A stretch of DNA of 64,000 bases. Source: Saccostrea cucullata. Its lineage: Eukaryota. Below the pieces are notes generated by a model that worked only from the letters and a program-made list of their open reading frames with translations, searched no databases and was not told the DNA's origin. A program made the translations under genes and the position numbers. Below, one piece after another: positions 12,106-25,470 of the stretch (positions are counted from its first letter, which is position 1; each line of letters starts with the position of its first letter). The DNA is taken from the NCBI RefSeq assembly GCF_032062105.1, contig NW_026923075.1, forward strand, positions 62,001 to 126,000, read 5' to 3'.

Positions 12106-15100
12106 TAACGAATGTAAACCAAAGCGCGATAATTCACTAAATTATGTTTTCTGCGTTCCAAGGAGCAGCTTGGCAAAAGCTGAAAAGAAAAAAAAATGTG
12201 TAAGATTGAAATAATATCAATTTATCCGATAGCTATATCTAATGGTTCATTCTACCTATTCCCACTTTTTGAAAATCGGGTAGAAAAAGGTAAAATTTCA
12301 TGTGGGAGTAGGTGGAATTTTTGTGAAAACAAATAATTAGGCGAATAAACATATCATGACTGTGAAAACAGTAATTATTAAACCACTGTTGGAATAGAGG
12401 ACAGGTAAATTTGCTACTTTAAATTAAAAAATCTGACTTTTTACTTCTATTTCAATGAGAAATTAGACTTTTTCAAATAAAAATAGCAAATAAATTACTA
12501 AGTATTAAGGCAGTTGAATCTTAAGGCTCAGTAAAAAGAGTTCACGGTGAACTGTTTTCATTTATCATTCCTGATCTTATTACCTCAAGCAAATATTCAA
12601 TCACCGATGAATTTTACATAAGACTTTTATTGATCTTTAAATTGAAATCTGGATTTAAATAACTATTAAAAAAAAAATTAAAGAAAAATTCATAATAAAT
12701 TTACACATACATACATGTAAGTATATATTTCAATGAATTTCAGTATATTTTTTAGTATATTTTTCTGTTAAACTATTTATTTCATATTTAACTCCAGTTA
12801 TTTATATGATTTTTTTTCATATATATTTATTTTTTTTTCAAATTAAATAAATATTTATATGCATTTTTTTTTTCAAATAAAATACATTTTTTTAGATAAA
12901 TATATTTATTTTCTGTCTTAAAATGTACAAAATACCGGTAAAATACAGGTAAATCTAAGATGGGATGTAATTATTCTAATTACTGTAAAAACAAATTAAC
13001 TAATCAAAACATCTATTGTTATTTGCAAGTGGGAATAGGTGGAATTGAGATTTTTAAAAAGTGGGAATAGCTAGAAGACACCATATCTAATAATCTTGTT
13101 TAAATTAGATTTTTTTCTGGTTTACATGTATTTCAGTCCTTGTAGAGTATTATTGAAGGAGGGAAATATCATTTGAATTTGATTAGCTTCACACTAGCTT
13201 TTTGAAAAAATTGAAATAAGCTGGCTTTTAAAATTAAAAAAAAAAAAAAAAAATCGGTGGATTTCAGAAAAGGAATGGTGGGTGGGGTTCAAATGTGATG
13301 ATCTGTCTTCCAGTAGAACTGTATCAAATCAATATATCCCTAACGATTGTTTGGTTGATTTTGCCTTATATGAAACAGACACAGAGATAATTACAGTGCA
13401 CTTATAACCGGTATTTAAATGAGCAAGAAGTGTCAAGTGGAGGAAAATAACAAGTCCCTTTGACTAATGACATTTAGAATGCCATAACCAATGGGAAAAT
13501 ATTCAGTACTTTACTTTGACCAAAAGGATGAGTGCAGATAGAAGAACAACCCATTGGTAAGTGCCTAGAGTATGAAACGTCAGAGAAATCTTTTTCTTTC
13601 TCTGAAGTTAATCTTTAATGGTGAGGGCTTTATGTGAGGGCTCGGACACCCAATAAGGACAGTTGCAAGCAAACATCACTGTGCAAATGAGCGGACATTG
13701 AATACTTGACTTGTGATGCAGAGGTGAGTATAGTAGCATTGGTCAACTTGATTTCTCTTGAGTTTAATTCTTCTTGATTTATTTTCTAAAATACATAATA
13801 AAGAATAATTTTTAAAGCATATGATTTCTTTACAGTCCCTGTTCCTCAGAAAGTTATCTAAGAGTTTTCACAAAAAAACATTGTCCTGAAAGGCAGCTAA
13901 TAAAAGGCAAGTGTATTTATTTGTGATTAATTTTTGGTTGCATATTACACGTTTTTATCTACTAGCTGACCTTACAATTGGTTATACTTTAAATCAAAGA
14001 GGAGATTAATACAATAATAATAGTGGTAGAATGACACTACAATGTTACGAGAAAAGGAGCCGGAGTGTGCATTTGACTCCTAACAGTTTGCAATTTAGTC
14101 TAACGAATGTTAACCAAAGCGCGATAATTCACAAATAGAACAGAACAGAACATTTTATTACTAATTTAGAGCCCGTAACAGACAAGTATGAGATTGATAC
14201 AATAATAGGGAAAAGATAAGCCAATGAATAGCAAAACAATTACACGTTATACGTTCCAAGGAGCGGAAAAAGAAATGTACTACAGTATGGGATTAAAATA
14301 ATATCCATTTACCGGTATTCGATGGCTATATCTAATACTACTCTCTTTTAAATTAGATATTGTTTTCTGGTTTACAGTATAGTATTTTAATCCTCGTGAA
14401 CGATTAATAAAGGATAGAAAATCATTTGGCCAAATTTGATTAGCTTCAAACCAGTTTGTTGAAAAGTTTGCTTTCCTATCGCAAAAAGCAAGATGGTGGA
14501 TTTTAGAAAAGGAAGGGGGTTCAAGTGTGACGTTGTACCTTCCTGTCAAACTGTAACAAATGATATATCCCCGACGATTGTTTGGTTGATTATTTCTATA
14601 AAGAAACAGATACAGAGATAATTTCAATGTATTAATTAAATGAGTAGGATGGGATTGAAACATCAATGAAATTTAGAATCAGAATCAGAATTTAGTTGTT
14701 TTTTTTTTTTAACCAAACAAAGTTTATTACCACATGATGTGGTAAGATGTGGTAAGATAAAGAAACGGATGAATGCAGATAGAACAATACATTTGTAACT
14801 GCTTCAAGTATATAACGTCAGAGAAATCTTGTCCTTTCCCTGGAAATAGTCAACATCTAGTTAAATAAGGTTTCCTTTTATTGGCTTTTAAGGCTGTATG
14901 TAAGTGATCAGGCAGATGCAAGCACGTGTCACTTAGCAATGAGAAGGCATTGAACACGTGAAATTTTATTTCTCTTGAGTTAAATTCCTGTTGATTTATT
15001 TTCTAAAATAAGATATGAAGAATAATTTAACAAAATGATATTTACAGGTTCAGTTTCTCAGAATATTATCCTTGAGTTTCCATAAAATGTTTCTGCTCAG

Positions 15101-15290
15101 TCTAAGTGCGTATATTTGAGATTAATTTTGGTTGCAAATTACACGTTTTTTTATATCCTAGCTGACCTTATAATTGTTAACACTTAAATCAAAGAAGGAG
15201 ATAAATACAAGAATGCTTCAGTAATAGAGCTAGAATGGCACTACAATGTTATAAGAAAAGAAGGTGGCTTTTGCACTTGATTCCTTAACA
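12106..15290 (+). repeat. Diverged tandem duplication of a ~1.15-1.2 kb unit (copy 1 12106-~14085 including a MULE insertion; copy 2 14101-~15290)
   Basis: Both copies start taacgaatgt(a/t)aaccaaagcgcgataattcac and share collinear blocks (acgattgtttggttgatt, aacgtcagagaaatctt, ctagctgacctta, tagaatg.cactacaatgtta). Confidence 0.85.
12244..13082. mobile_element. Mutator (MULE)-like MITE, 839 bp
   Basis: ~34 bp imperfect TIRs (GGTTCATTCTACCTATTCCCACTTTTTGAAAATC versus GGTGTCTTCTAGCTATTCCCACTTTTTAAAAATC read on the other strand). 9-bp TSD ATATCTAAT at 12235-12243 and 13083-13091. The empty site is seen in the duplicate copy at about 14328-14336. Confidence 0.88.
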
Positions 15291-15299
15291 AATGCTCAT

Positions 15300-17140
15300 T
15301 CCAGAACATACTGAATTTAGTCTGAGACAGGCGTAGAACGGACGGAAACCGATGACTTAAGGACAGGAGTTAACATTCAAGTCTCGTGGTGCTGGAAGCA
15401 AGTTTTTCATATTTGGTCCAGAAGTTGCTTTGAACATATTTCATTTCAAAATTCATACAAAAGTGCTTGCAACTAAGAAAAACCTTTCCCTAAGTTGTTG
15501 ATTGTGCTGCATATATGTCTTTAGCCTGTATCTACCAAACAGTGAGCAGAAGAGATTTTCGCTTGAAAGAAGGGTCGACGATTAAATTTTTCCCCCTATT
15601 CTATGTTGTTAAACCAGAGTGATGACTGTCAGAGACAATGAGTGATTTAACATTTATTTCAACATTTAGATAATGCTGTGAGCAAAACTGTCATCAAAGT
15701 TCCAGAGTCTTTTCATATATACTTTATTTTAGCAAATAAAACATACAGCATGACTACCGTATCTTCCACAGCATGACTATATGTTTATTTTATTATTTGA
15801 AATAAAGTATATCAGGAAAGACACAAAGAAATTTAGATTTCTTTTTTGCTCAGAACTGTTTGATTTGACCGAGTCCAAATCTCTCAAAGAAGGTCGATAT
15901 AATGAAGAATTGAAGAAAATTGCTAGGATAGAAGAACCATGCAGAAAGATTTAATTGTGGACAATGACATGTCTTGAAGACTAAATCAGAGGGGGAAAAA
16001 TCAGCAAATGAAAGTCAAAAGAATTCTTCAAACAATCTCTTGTTAAGAGAGAAATAGGCATAGGCAGACAACAAAATGATGCTGGGTTGTTTGTGAAGAC
16101 GTCTATTACAGAACGTCAGGTTAGCTCTTAGTAGACACTGGGATAATATTCTCTTATATGTGATAATTTGGACAAGAATTTAAGTGTTCAGATATTTTTA
16201 GAATAACTCATTAGAAAAACGGCCGAGAAAGGTAGTGGCTAGGAACAATGAGCCACTGAGATTATTTGGCAGAATTCGAGTTACCTTTCAAGATGTAACC
16301 TACATCACTCCTGTTTTACTAGGTGAATCGAATGCTGAAGGTGTGATTAGATTGGATTTTATTACTTTAGTGTTAGTTTAGTGTACTTCAGTAAGCAAAA
16401 GTCAAAATTCAATGCAAGGATTAATCTTTTTAATAGTGTGGAACAAATCGGATGCTACAAGATAGCATTTGCAGGGAATGTCAACATCTTTCTTGATTAG
16501 ATAGAGTGACACAATGCTATGTCTGACTAAAGGGAAAAAATATTTGGTAATGGATTTATAGAGGCAAGCAATGGATATGTCAGCTCTGAGATTTATCGAA
16601 AAGAGAAGTTGTGTCATGAATGTTTTATCAAATGTTCAAGTTGTACATGTGAACAGAACAGTAGCAAAAAATAGGCCAGAAGGCAGTCATTGAAGAGTCT
16701 ACACGAAAAGCAAAGTAAGTTATATACAGAACTTGTTCGATCGAACAAACAAACATCTTTGTGGCCTACAATGACAAGTAAGTCAGTTAGTATTTATTCT
16801 GGCCATTACTACAAAGAGATGAAGACAATGCATTGCAGATTTGAGGTCTGCTCAGAATCTTAAATGTTGAAAAAAGAAGGAAACGGCATCCATGCAATGG
16901 GTAGGAGCAGGCATGCCAATAGAAAATTTGCATTATGCATTGTTGAATTTTCACCACCGAAGAATAGCAACAGATACATACTTTGAATTGTCTTTTTCAT
17001 GAATAAATGCAAGGTCGATTTAAAATATGAGCATGGGATTCATAAATCAGGTAGAAGTTTAAAAGGTTGAGTACAACCAGAAGGAACAACCAATGATAAG
17101 AATTCATTGATGAGTACTGGAGGTTATTGAACGTCTTTTC
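15300..17140 (+). mobile_element. Heavily decayed Gypsy/Ty3 LTR-retrotransposon internal region (gag remnant, aspartic protease, start of RT)
   Basis: Frameshifted translation AGLFVKTSITERQVS/LVDTG at 16081-16142 (retropepsin D-T-G), followed by NNEPLRLFGRIRVTF...GVIRLDF and QIGCYKI. Many stops and frameshifts; boundaries are approximate. Confidence 0.6.
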
Positions 17141-17209
17141 TTACTCTGAAGCTAGTAATCATATATCATAACGCAAATACAGAGGGCTACAATATTTATA
17201 TAAAAAGTA

Positions 17210-20200
17210 CTATAAATGGTTTTGTATGAAATCTGGTAAGGGCCACGTTTTTTTTACTACATTAGCATCGCACTATCAATGTTTGGGACACTATTTGATA
17301 TGATGACGCAATTTTTGATGAAGCAATGCTTTGCCGTTGTTGCGATGGCACAGTAGAGTAATAGTGCTACGACAAGATCTAAATAAGGTGATAACGATGG
17401 AAGAACAATGAAATGATGCTCTGTGTTACCCCTTCATGTCTTGTTCATCGTACTGTCATGTCGTATTGGCAGCCTCATGTCGTGGTCATTTCATCATCTA
17501 TCAATGTAACATCCGAGATGGTGCGGTAGTGAATTCCATGACCCTGTTTGGATTCCATAGTATTGTACACCTACCTTGGTAACTAATGTTTCCTTCCCTG
17601 TCTAAATCTGTCCTAGATAAAAGCTCTTTCATTTCTTCATCAGAGATCTTTTCTCCAAATGATGATAAAAGGAGTTTAAATTCTGATGGACTAATAACAC
17701 CATTGCCATCTTTGTCATATCTTCCAAAAGCTTCTCTGATTTCTTCTTCAAACTGTTTTGGATCCTCGTAAATTCCTCTTGTCAAGTTAACAAATTCAGA
17801 AAACTCCAATGATCCATTTCCTATATGGGAAATATAAAGAAAAGAAACGGCGATTTTGCTTAAAAGATTAAATAGTGTTTAAAGAAAGGTATTCTATGGC
17901 CAATCTTGAAATACCTACAAAAATACAAATCTTTAATCAGGGCATAAAACATGTAGCCCCGGAAATTGTAGAGATGGGTGTAAAAAATATCAAAAGTTGG
18001 AAATTAAAATTAAAAAACTGTTGCTATAAATTTCACGGGTTGTAATTTTCACGGTTTTCTCTCATCGGACACGATCGAGGTTTCTTGAATTCGCGGAATT
18101 CCTATGTTATTGAAGTTACCTCCCTTGTCTATATCCGTTTAATCCATGGTTACATGTAAACGACATTCATTTCATTTAATCGTTGACTTAATAAATAAAC
18201 GATTAATCGCAGTTATCAAAAGTCCTTGACTATAAACGTCAAATAACTTTCCTATATTGTATTACGATGAGTGCATGTACACCCGAAGATCTTTAATACA
18301 TCGCGGCGAAAAACCACTGGACGGTAATAAATGTGTTCATGTAGGTCGAAGAAATAATATCCTTCCAAATCTTGAGTAAGTTCGATAGTTATTTGAATGA
18401 TTTTTTTTAAATCAAAATGTCGATTATAATGATGTCGTGCGTGTTGACATTAATTACGCACGGGTAATCAAAACTCATGGCCCACGTGTTTTGATTGATG
18501 AAACATGTAGCGTTGGCTATTAAAAGGCCTTTTAACAAATACAGGTTATTATCTGTTGACTTGAATTGATGTAAAGCGTGCTAATGCACTAACATTTCGT
18601 AATTACTGAAGTTCATGTACTGTCTAAAATTTCCAAATAAAACATGGAGATTATTGAAAAATTATTCACTGTTTCTTGAATTCACGGATTTATTATCACC
18701 GTGAATATAGCGAATATTAACACCGCGAGTTATTTTCCCCCTATACAGTAGTACCGTCATTGTCGACATCATTAATGATGTCTTGTAGTTCGGATGTTGT
18801 TGGGTTTTGACCACAAGCCTGCATAACATTTCGAAGTTCTCCGGCATCAACTGTTCCATTGCCATCATGGTCACAAGCGTTAAACGCACCACGGATTTCT
18901 GGAAAATAAAAAGTATTTTTTTAAAAATCATTCATTAAATTGATGTGTTTATCCGGTATTGAGTTGAAAACACCCGTTAATTTTGAATGTAGATATGATT
19001 ATTCGTTTAAATCAAGGGGTCGGGTTGTTCAAAAGTTAAGGTCACGAGAACAGTAACCATGGTAATTTACAAAAGTGACAAGCAAATGTATGTGCAAACC
19101 TTCAACGGTTCTAATGATAAAATGTGTGACAGACTGGCTAATAAATAGAAATGTCGCTCTGCACGCGACCAAAAGTAAGCACTGCGTTCATATGAACACA
19201 TTCATGTATGTAGTGCTTTTTAAAGTGAGTTACAGTATTTTTGAAACATTACGCTTGCAGTCTAATCAATGTTAAGTAAGTTGGAATTGCCAATATAAAA
19301 ACCAAATGCAAACGAGTGTAGCCCTAGTTTCCTCTCTCTTTGTAAATGTATCGAATTTATTGGTAAACACTTTATCTAAATAGGTTTGGCGTTGATCAAA
19401 CAAATTAAAAATTCTTCCAAATTTTGATTTAAGGAGAGAAATAATTATGCTTTTCGGCAAGATCGATTTAGTTAACTTTGAACCTTGTAGAGTACCTTGA
19501 TAAAAACAGAAAGATTTAGTTTTATCTCGAATTTTTTTTCAGAAAAAATTCTTTGCAATTCACATCTTTGAAGGTATATATTTACCAGTGTATGTTCTTC
19601 GCAACTCTGGTAAAAATATTGTTTTCAAGTGGACTTTGAACTATCCCATGGGAATCATTGCTCTTTTACTAGCTTTGGTTTGTTTCTATAAATTAAAGCA
19701 CCAAAAGAGCAGGAGTGTTTTTAACAAATTATCTACATGCCATGGTTTCTTCAGGCTATGATTTATCCTATGTATCGTTGGAACATTGTAATCAGGGACT
19801 GGATGAAGGATATGGAGATAACGAACAGTATTCAATATCAAAGTCCATAAAACAATACAAAATAGGAGCAGAGCAAACACGGACCTCTATAACATTAGAG
19901 GTGGGATCAGGTGCCATGGAGGAGTGAGCATCCACTGCTGACCGGTCACACCCGCCGTGTGCTCCTTGTCCTGATCGGGAAATAACGGGAAAATCCGTCG
20001 TCAATTCAGTGTATAAATAATGAACTAACAATTAGTATGAAAAACGTCAGGCAGCATTTGACCAATGATAAATTGTATTTGCTGACAAGGTCATATTGTA
20101 TCGACCAAAGAACTTACGAAATGATGACTTCAAATGAATACTGTTTCGTAGAGCTGTTTGTTTTTGTTATCCCACTTGATTCAAAATGGTGTGAAAAATG

Positions 20201-21926
20201 GCTTCTAAATGCCCATGATTAATGAAGAATATAATCAAACAAATAATCGCGTGTTTACACTTTGGTACAAAATTATTCGTTAGGAAAAAGAAAATTTTAC
20301 AAAGTTGTTTTTTCAATAAATAAGTCCTTCGTAGTGATTCGATCTTGATATTCTTACCTTCTATTTGCAGTTGCGAGAGCTCTTTTGTGTTTGAGTTCTG
20401 AAACAGGAGAAAGAGATTTTGAAATACACATGAATTATTCTGACCTGAATTGTCTATGGATTTCCGTTTCCCTGGTCATGGCAAGGAGCACAAGCTGTGA
20501 CCAGTTGACAGAGGATTTTTTAAAATAAAATTATGTGTAAGGAGAAGACTATCTAAGTTGTAGAACTTGTGTTTTATGCTTTTGACTTTGTCAATAAACT
20601 ACGTTCAATTCAGATGAATTTTCTTCCTCATGGCACCTGATCTTACCTCTGACGTTTTAATGGTTCATGTTTTTCTCTCTGTCTCTTAATAATTTAATTC
20701 TGGTTGTAACGCTGTATGATTGATAAAAAAATTACTTTATAGTATAAAATGGGTTGCCTACGTCACAATGACTTGCGTCAAAAACGTATCAATCCGCCTA
20801 ATGTTACATTCAAATTTTGTACAAACTGAAGTCATTTTGTTAGAACAATCATCTTTTTTTCTTACATCAAATGAATGAAAATTAAATTATAAGCAATGAA
20901 TTTAATAGCTACCCATTTTATACGGTATAAACTGGGTTGGAACAGTTTAAGCTTTTTTATTAACCGCTATGCCGTTTATAAAGCGTAAACTGCCCCAACC
21001 CTGTTTATACCGTATAAACTGGGTAGCTATTAAATTCATTCCTTAATTATTATTATTATTTTTCTTCTTCCTGGGTACTTTTTTGTTCGGGAGTGATCTT
21101 GTTTATACTGTAATAGTGGACTTTTGAGATTAGACACTGATCTGTAGTAATCTTCCATAATATTATATCATAGTAAAGTTACGAATTATAGTACTAGTAA
21201 TGGTTTTGGAAGTTACATGATACAGTTACATTGTCTATCATGTTTTGTTTTTTTTAAATATTCTTGGTGAAAGAAAATAGTAAGTTTAAAAATTTACAAA
21301 GCGATTATGTATTATCGTATTGTTAATCATATTTACCTCCTTCTAGTAAAGTGAAAATTTGCAGAATGTTACAACGTACAGTAAAGATGTACAGTAAAGA
21401 TATATTCAGAATTCAACTTAACGACAGTGAATTTAACTTTTGGTATTTATATAGAAAAAATGGTGACGAAACATGGAACATCTGAAATCAGTAAATTTGT
21501 AGGGTTTTGTTTGAATCAAGGTGTTATAAAAACAAGTACTAGTTACCGGTCAATATACTATTCTATGGAATACTGACGTCAATTTTCAGTTGAATTTGTT
21601 TATTCAGTTATGTAGGGTTCTTTTGTGTTAGTCCAACAGAGAATATTTCATAGCTTCTAACGTAAATCTCTAAAAACTGCTTAGTACATTGTAGTGGTTT
21701 CACAATGAGATAAAGAACTGCATTATAAAAAGAAGATTAACTTTTTTCTAAATTTTAAATAATTCTGGCCTATTTTTATAACACATCTGTTGGCCTTTCG
21801 GGTTTGCTTCTTGTTTTGTCTCAAATTCATTCGTATATACTATATTTTCATTTGATTGATAGAAATAAATGATTTAGAGAATATAGTCAAATATCAGAAC
21901 TAGAAGAATAAATGTTGGCTTACCAT
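17210..21926 (-). CDS. Calmodulin-like EF-hand protein A (151 aa)
   Basis: Exons 21924-21926 (ATG|GTAAGC), 20358-20397, 18755-18898 (144 nt), 17575-17820 (246 nt) and 17210-17232 (TAG; least certain exon), all GT-AG and in frame. Protein MNSNTKELSQLQIEEIRGAFNACDHDGNGTVDAGELRNVMQACGQNPTTSELQDIINDVDNDGNGSLEFSEF...REAFGRYDKDGNGVISPSEF...GEKISDEE...DLDREGNISYQDFIQNHL. TATATAA at 22074-22080. Confidence 0.88.
18018..18748. mobile_element. Tc1/mariner-like MITE (CTGT...ACAG|TA termini) in intron 3 of calmodulin-like A
   Basis: Termini ctgtt...aatttcacggg and accgcga...ctatacag|ta with subterminal repeats. Left TSD is degenerate. Confidence 0.5.
19803..20147 (-). mobile_element. Penelope-like element 3'-end fragment
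   Basis: Reverse complement of the family 3' end (tgaccggtca...tgctcactcctccatggcacctgatcccacctct...actgttcgttatctccatat), as at 32050-32230 and 47400-47567. Confidence 0.8.
20890..21045. repeat. Long inverted repeat (fold-back), probably the terminus of a non-autonomous DNA element
   Basis: taagcaatgaatttaatagctaccca..tttatacggtataaac.gggttggg pairs with cccaacc.tgtttataccgtataaactgggtagctattaaattcattcctta; arms are about 65 bp. Confidence 0.85.
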
Positions 21927-23009
21927 CTTACAGTGTCCTTTCTCTTGTAGCTCTTCTTTGTAAATGTATTCCAAAAATCGATCCAAAATAAAGGGTCAGT
22001 TCAATATGTGTTGGTTTACTTGCACGCACTTTGGCTTCAGTTTTTGAAGCAAATGATTACTATAGAACACGTATTATATAACGGAGCTTTAGACTACTTT
22101 AAATTAATTCGTATAAACTAAGTTGTCTTTCGAAAAAAAAAAATCAGTATAATTTGTTTATTTTGGCGTCGACCATATAGAACCAGAACCACAGAGAATT
22201 TTTTTCCATACTCTATTTCAGCGTTATTCAACAATTCAACAATGCACATTTAAGTTACTGTGAACTCTTTTTTTTTTCAATGTTTGAATATATATATTTT
22301 CCCTATGTTGTCTTCTGTTTCTCTTAAACACGAAATCTGTTATCTAAAATTTTCAATGTTTGTCTTTAAACATTGTTAACATTAAATATTTTAATCTATC
22401 GTTTGTTTTGCATGTTATTTTATGTCAAATTGTGTGAGATTTTAGTGATGAAAACAAAAACTATACATGTATATTTTTTCCTTAATAACATCCATGTTTG
22501 TTTAAGGTCAAAACAGCGTTTCACTTTTCTTTTTGTCTTTTATCAATTGTCTTCAATAAAAGTTTGGAATTTTTCATTATAATAATATGTATATGATATT
22601 TCTCGTGAATTGTCATATGATATTGTTTAATCTTCAAAAACTCTTCTGGTTAAGAAAGCAGAACGTAAAATATTATACTTCAGGGACAGGTCAATCTATT
22701 AATACAAAAATTAAGGAACATATGTATGTGTCTTGATATTCAACTGAATGTTGAAATGTTAAAATTCAATGTTTTGAAGTATATGTTTGAAAGAATTTTT
22801 TAAAAATCCATCTGCTAAACAAGAAAGAAGAAAGTACGGATTTAGCTTTAATGTGCCCTAAAAATTTTACGTTTTCAAAAAGTTTTGAAAATGGCTTCAA
22901 TATTAGTTTGAGTTTATGACTGTGAAAGATCAGGAAAGAATATATCATGAAGGAGTACCATTCTGGAAATATGGCGTCATTAATTTGATGCATTTCTCTA
23001 TTTTAAACA

Positions 23010-23513
23010 GAAAAAGCTATTTTTAGCATGTAGGTCACAGTCAAGGTCACAAGGTCATTGATCTTAATGTCATTTGAAAGAACTTTATTAGTGGAGTATG
23101 CATACGAAAAATGAAGTCTGTATCACTTATGGTTCAAAAGTTACGACGGTTCGAAAAAGATGTTTTAGCATATAGGTCACAGTCAAGGTCATTGACCTTG
23201 GTGTCATTTGTATGAGCTTAATTAGTGAGGCATACATACCAAATATGAAGTCTCTATCTCCTATGGTTCAAAAGTTTGAAAAAGTTATTTTTAGCATTTA
23301 GGTCACAGTCAAGGTCACAAGGTCACTGACCTTGGTGTCATTTGAAAGAACTTTACAAGTGGAGTATGCATTCTAAATATGAAGTCTCTATCTCTCAAGG
23401 TTCAAAAGTTATGGCGAAGGTTAAAGTTGAACAGGGAGACAGACAAACAGATAAACAAACAGACAGGACAGATACAATATACGCCTCGGATCTATCGATC
23501 CGGGCGCACAAAA
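23010..23513 (+). mobile_element. Helentron-type non-autonomous element with about 3 tandem ~125-135 bp repeats
   Basis: Repeated taggtcacagtcaaggtcacaaggtcattgaccttggtgtcatttg units, then an ACAG-type microsatellite (23438-23471) and a terminal hairpin cgcctcggatc-tatc-gatccgggcg. Confidence 0.75.
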
Positions 23514-24439
23514 GCCTAGCAATGACTCATTTCAAGGGTAATTTTCCATCAGAGAACAGAGTCCACAGCCGTCGCCCACTTTAATTTTTGGATATGCAGT
23601 GCAGAATTCAATGAAAAATCACTTACATGTATCTAAAAATCTTTGTGGGCGATCCCTGTGAACAATTTTATCTGAAAGAAAATTCCATTGAAAATTGGTG
23701 TCTTCTGCAACTTTTTAAGAAAATACGGGAAAATGCACACGTTTATGACGTTACAATTAGCTTTTAGAAATGCATGTGAGAAAAAAAAAATGATCGTAGG
23801 ATATTTTTGCATAAAATATTTCAATGATTCAAAACGCATGAGTTTTCATTTTTAAAATCAGTTTCAGCTTTTTTATTTTTAGAAAATCACAGGGTAAGAT
23901 TTGTATTGAAACTGTACCTTGTTCTTACAAAAAATACTAATACTGTAATCAATCTGGCAAAATACCGAGAGTTTTCGGGTTAATCATAAAAATCTAGTCT
24001 TTATACATATATCTTTTAAAGAAATTGAAACCAATGATGAAAAATGGATATAGAAAAAGAAATGGTGTATCAGATTTAGACATACAGGTTTAATGGTGAA
24101 TGAATCTGGGTTTTATAAATCAATCTGTGGATTTCCAAATGAAAGTTTGCATGGATGTTGGATCTTGGCTACAGATGCTGTACCTGACTGTTCTGGAAAA
24201 GTTGAAGGAGTAGGCTCACCTCCAATAAAATCTATTGACTATACATATACATGTACATAAATTAGCGTATTCAAAATTTTTGCGCAATCACTTGTTATAG
24301 AGTTTTTGGCGTAATCATGAATTTCCATACATCGTATATATATATATAAGATTTCTTTGCGGAATTCATAAATTAGCGCATTGTTATTTGTGCCAAAAAC
24401 GCTAAAATATGAAGCTTAATAGTACACTTACAGTATGTT

Positions 24440-25470
24440 GCCCAAACTTGGATTGATGATGCATATTTGGATGAACACTGCAAAACTGCCTTCGGAATGC
24501 TTGATCTGACCTACATGATCCAGATAAGTGAACAAGTTAACATTTCTGAGTTGGTTTAAACTGTAAGCCTTATCTTATCCAACGTTGCGTGAATTTTGCC
24601 TCAAGGGATGTACACCTAGAAACTTGCTTATGATGCTTTATATATTGACCTATATTTTTTCGGATGAGAATAAAGTTAAAACCCTATCTAAACTTGCAAG
24701 GATGATAAATCTAGGTAAGCACACTAAAAAACAGTCTTTGGATGCTGGTTCTGACCTATTTTCAGTATCTTCTGGATGAGTGAACAGCAAGGTCATTCTC
24801 AAGTAAATAATAGGTGTTCCATGATAAAACGCATGAATGATGTAACCTGCAGTCTGACATCTTTTTTCCAATACATTAACAGACCAAAGTTTTGGGGCTG
24901 TTTTCTAAGCTTTAATTGAATCAAACTTGCATATTGGATGCACCTAGGGATGCACACATCCACATCTAACGTACTTTGATGATGGATCCGACCTACATAG
25001 CGGATCCACTTTCCAAGTACTTGTAAGCCCTATTCATGTGGTGATGAGACTTGCATTGAAGATGCATCAAGGTCTAGGGATGCATATAATAGACTTGATT
25101 CGGATGCAAGATCTAATCTACATTTTTCAAATGGAATGAACATTTTATTGTATTAGAGCTGGTCCTTTCTCAATAACGAGAAGTCCTATTGTGACTGGAC
25201 TTGCAGAACGAGACTTGTCTCTAGGTATGCACACTGCCAAGCAGACATTGAAGCTTTATCTGGCCTTGACCATGATTGAACGTGGAAATGTTTGGAGTAG
25301 ACACCATTAACTACTATATATCTATAGATCCTACCAGGACCAACGGTTTAGATGTTGTGTCAAGGGATGTACATTACCAAAACATTTGTTTGAAGGGAGA
25401 CTTTACCTTTCTTATAGCTTAAATTTGTTGGGTGAGCTTCGTTATCTATGATTACCATAGACTTTTTTTA
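24440..25470. repeat. Degenerate tandem-repeat array, probably an old Helentron-type element
   Basis: Recurrent aaacttgcat...gatgcacac...ggat(c)tgacctac units. Boundaries are approximate. Confidence 0.4.
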
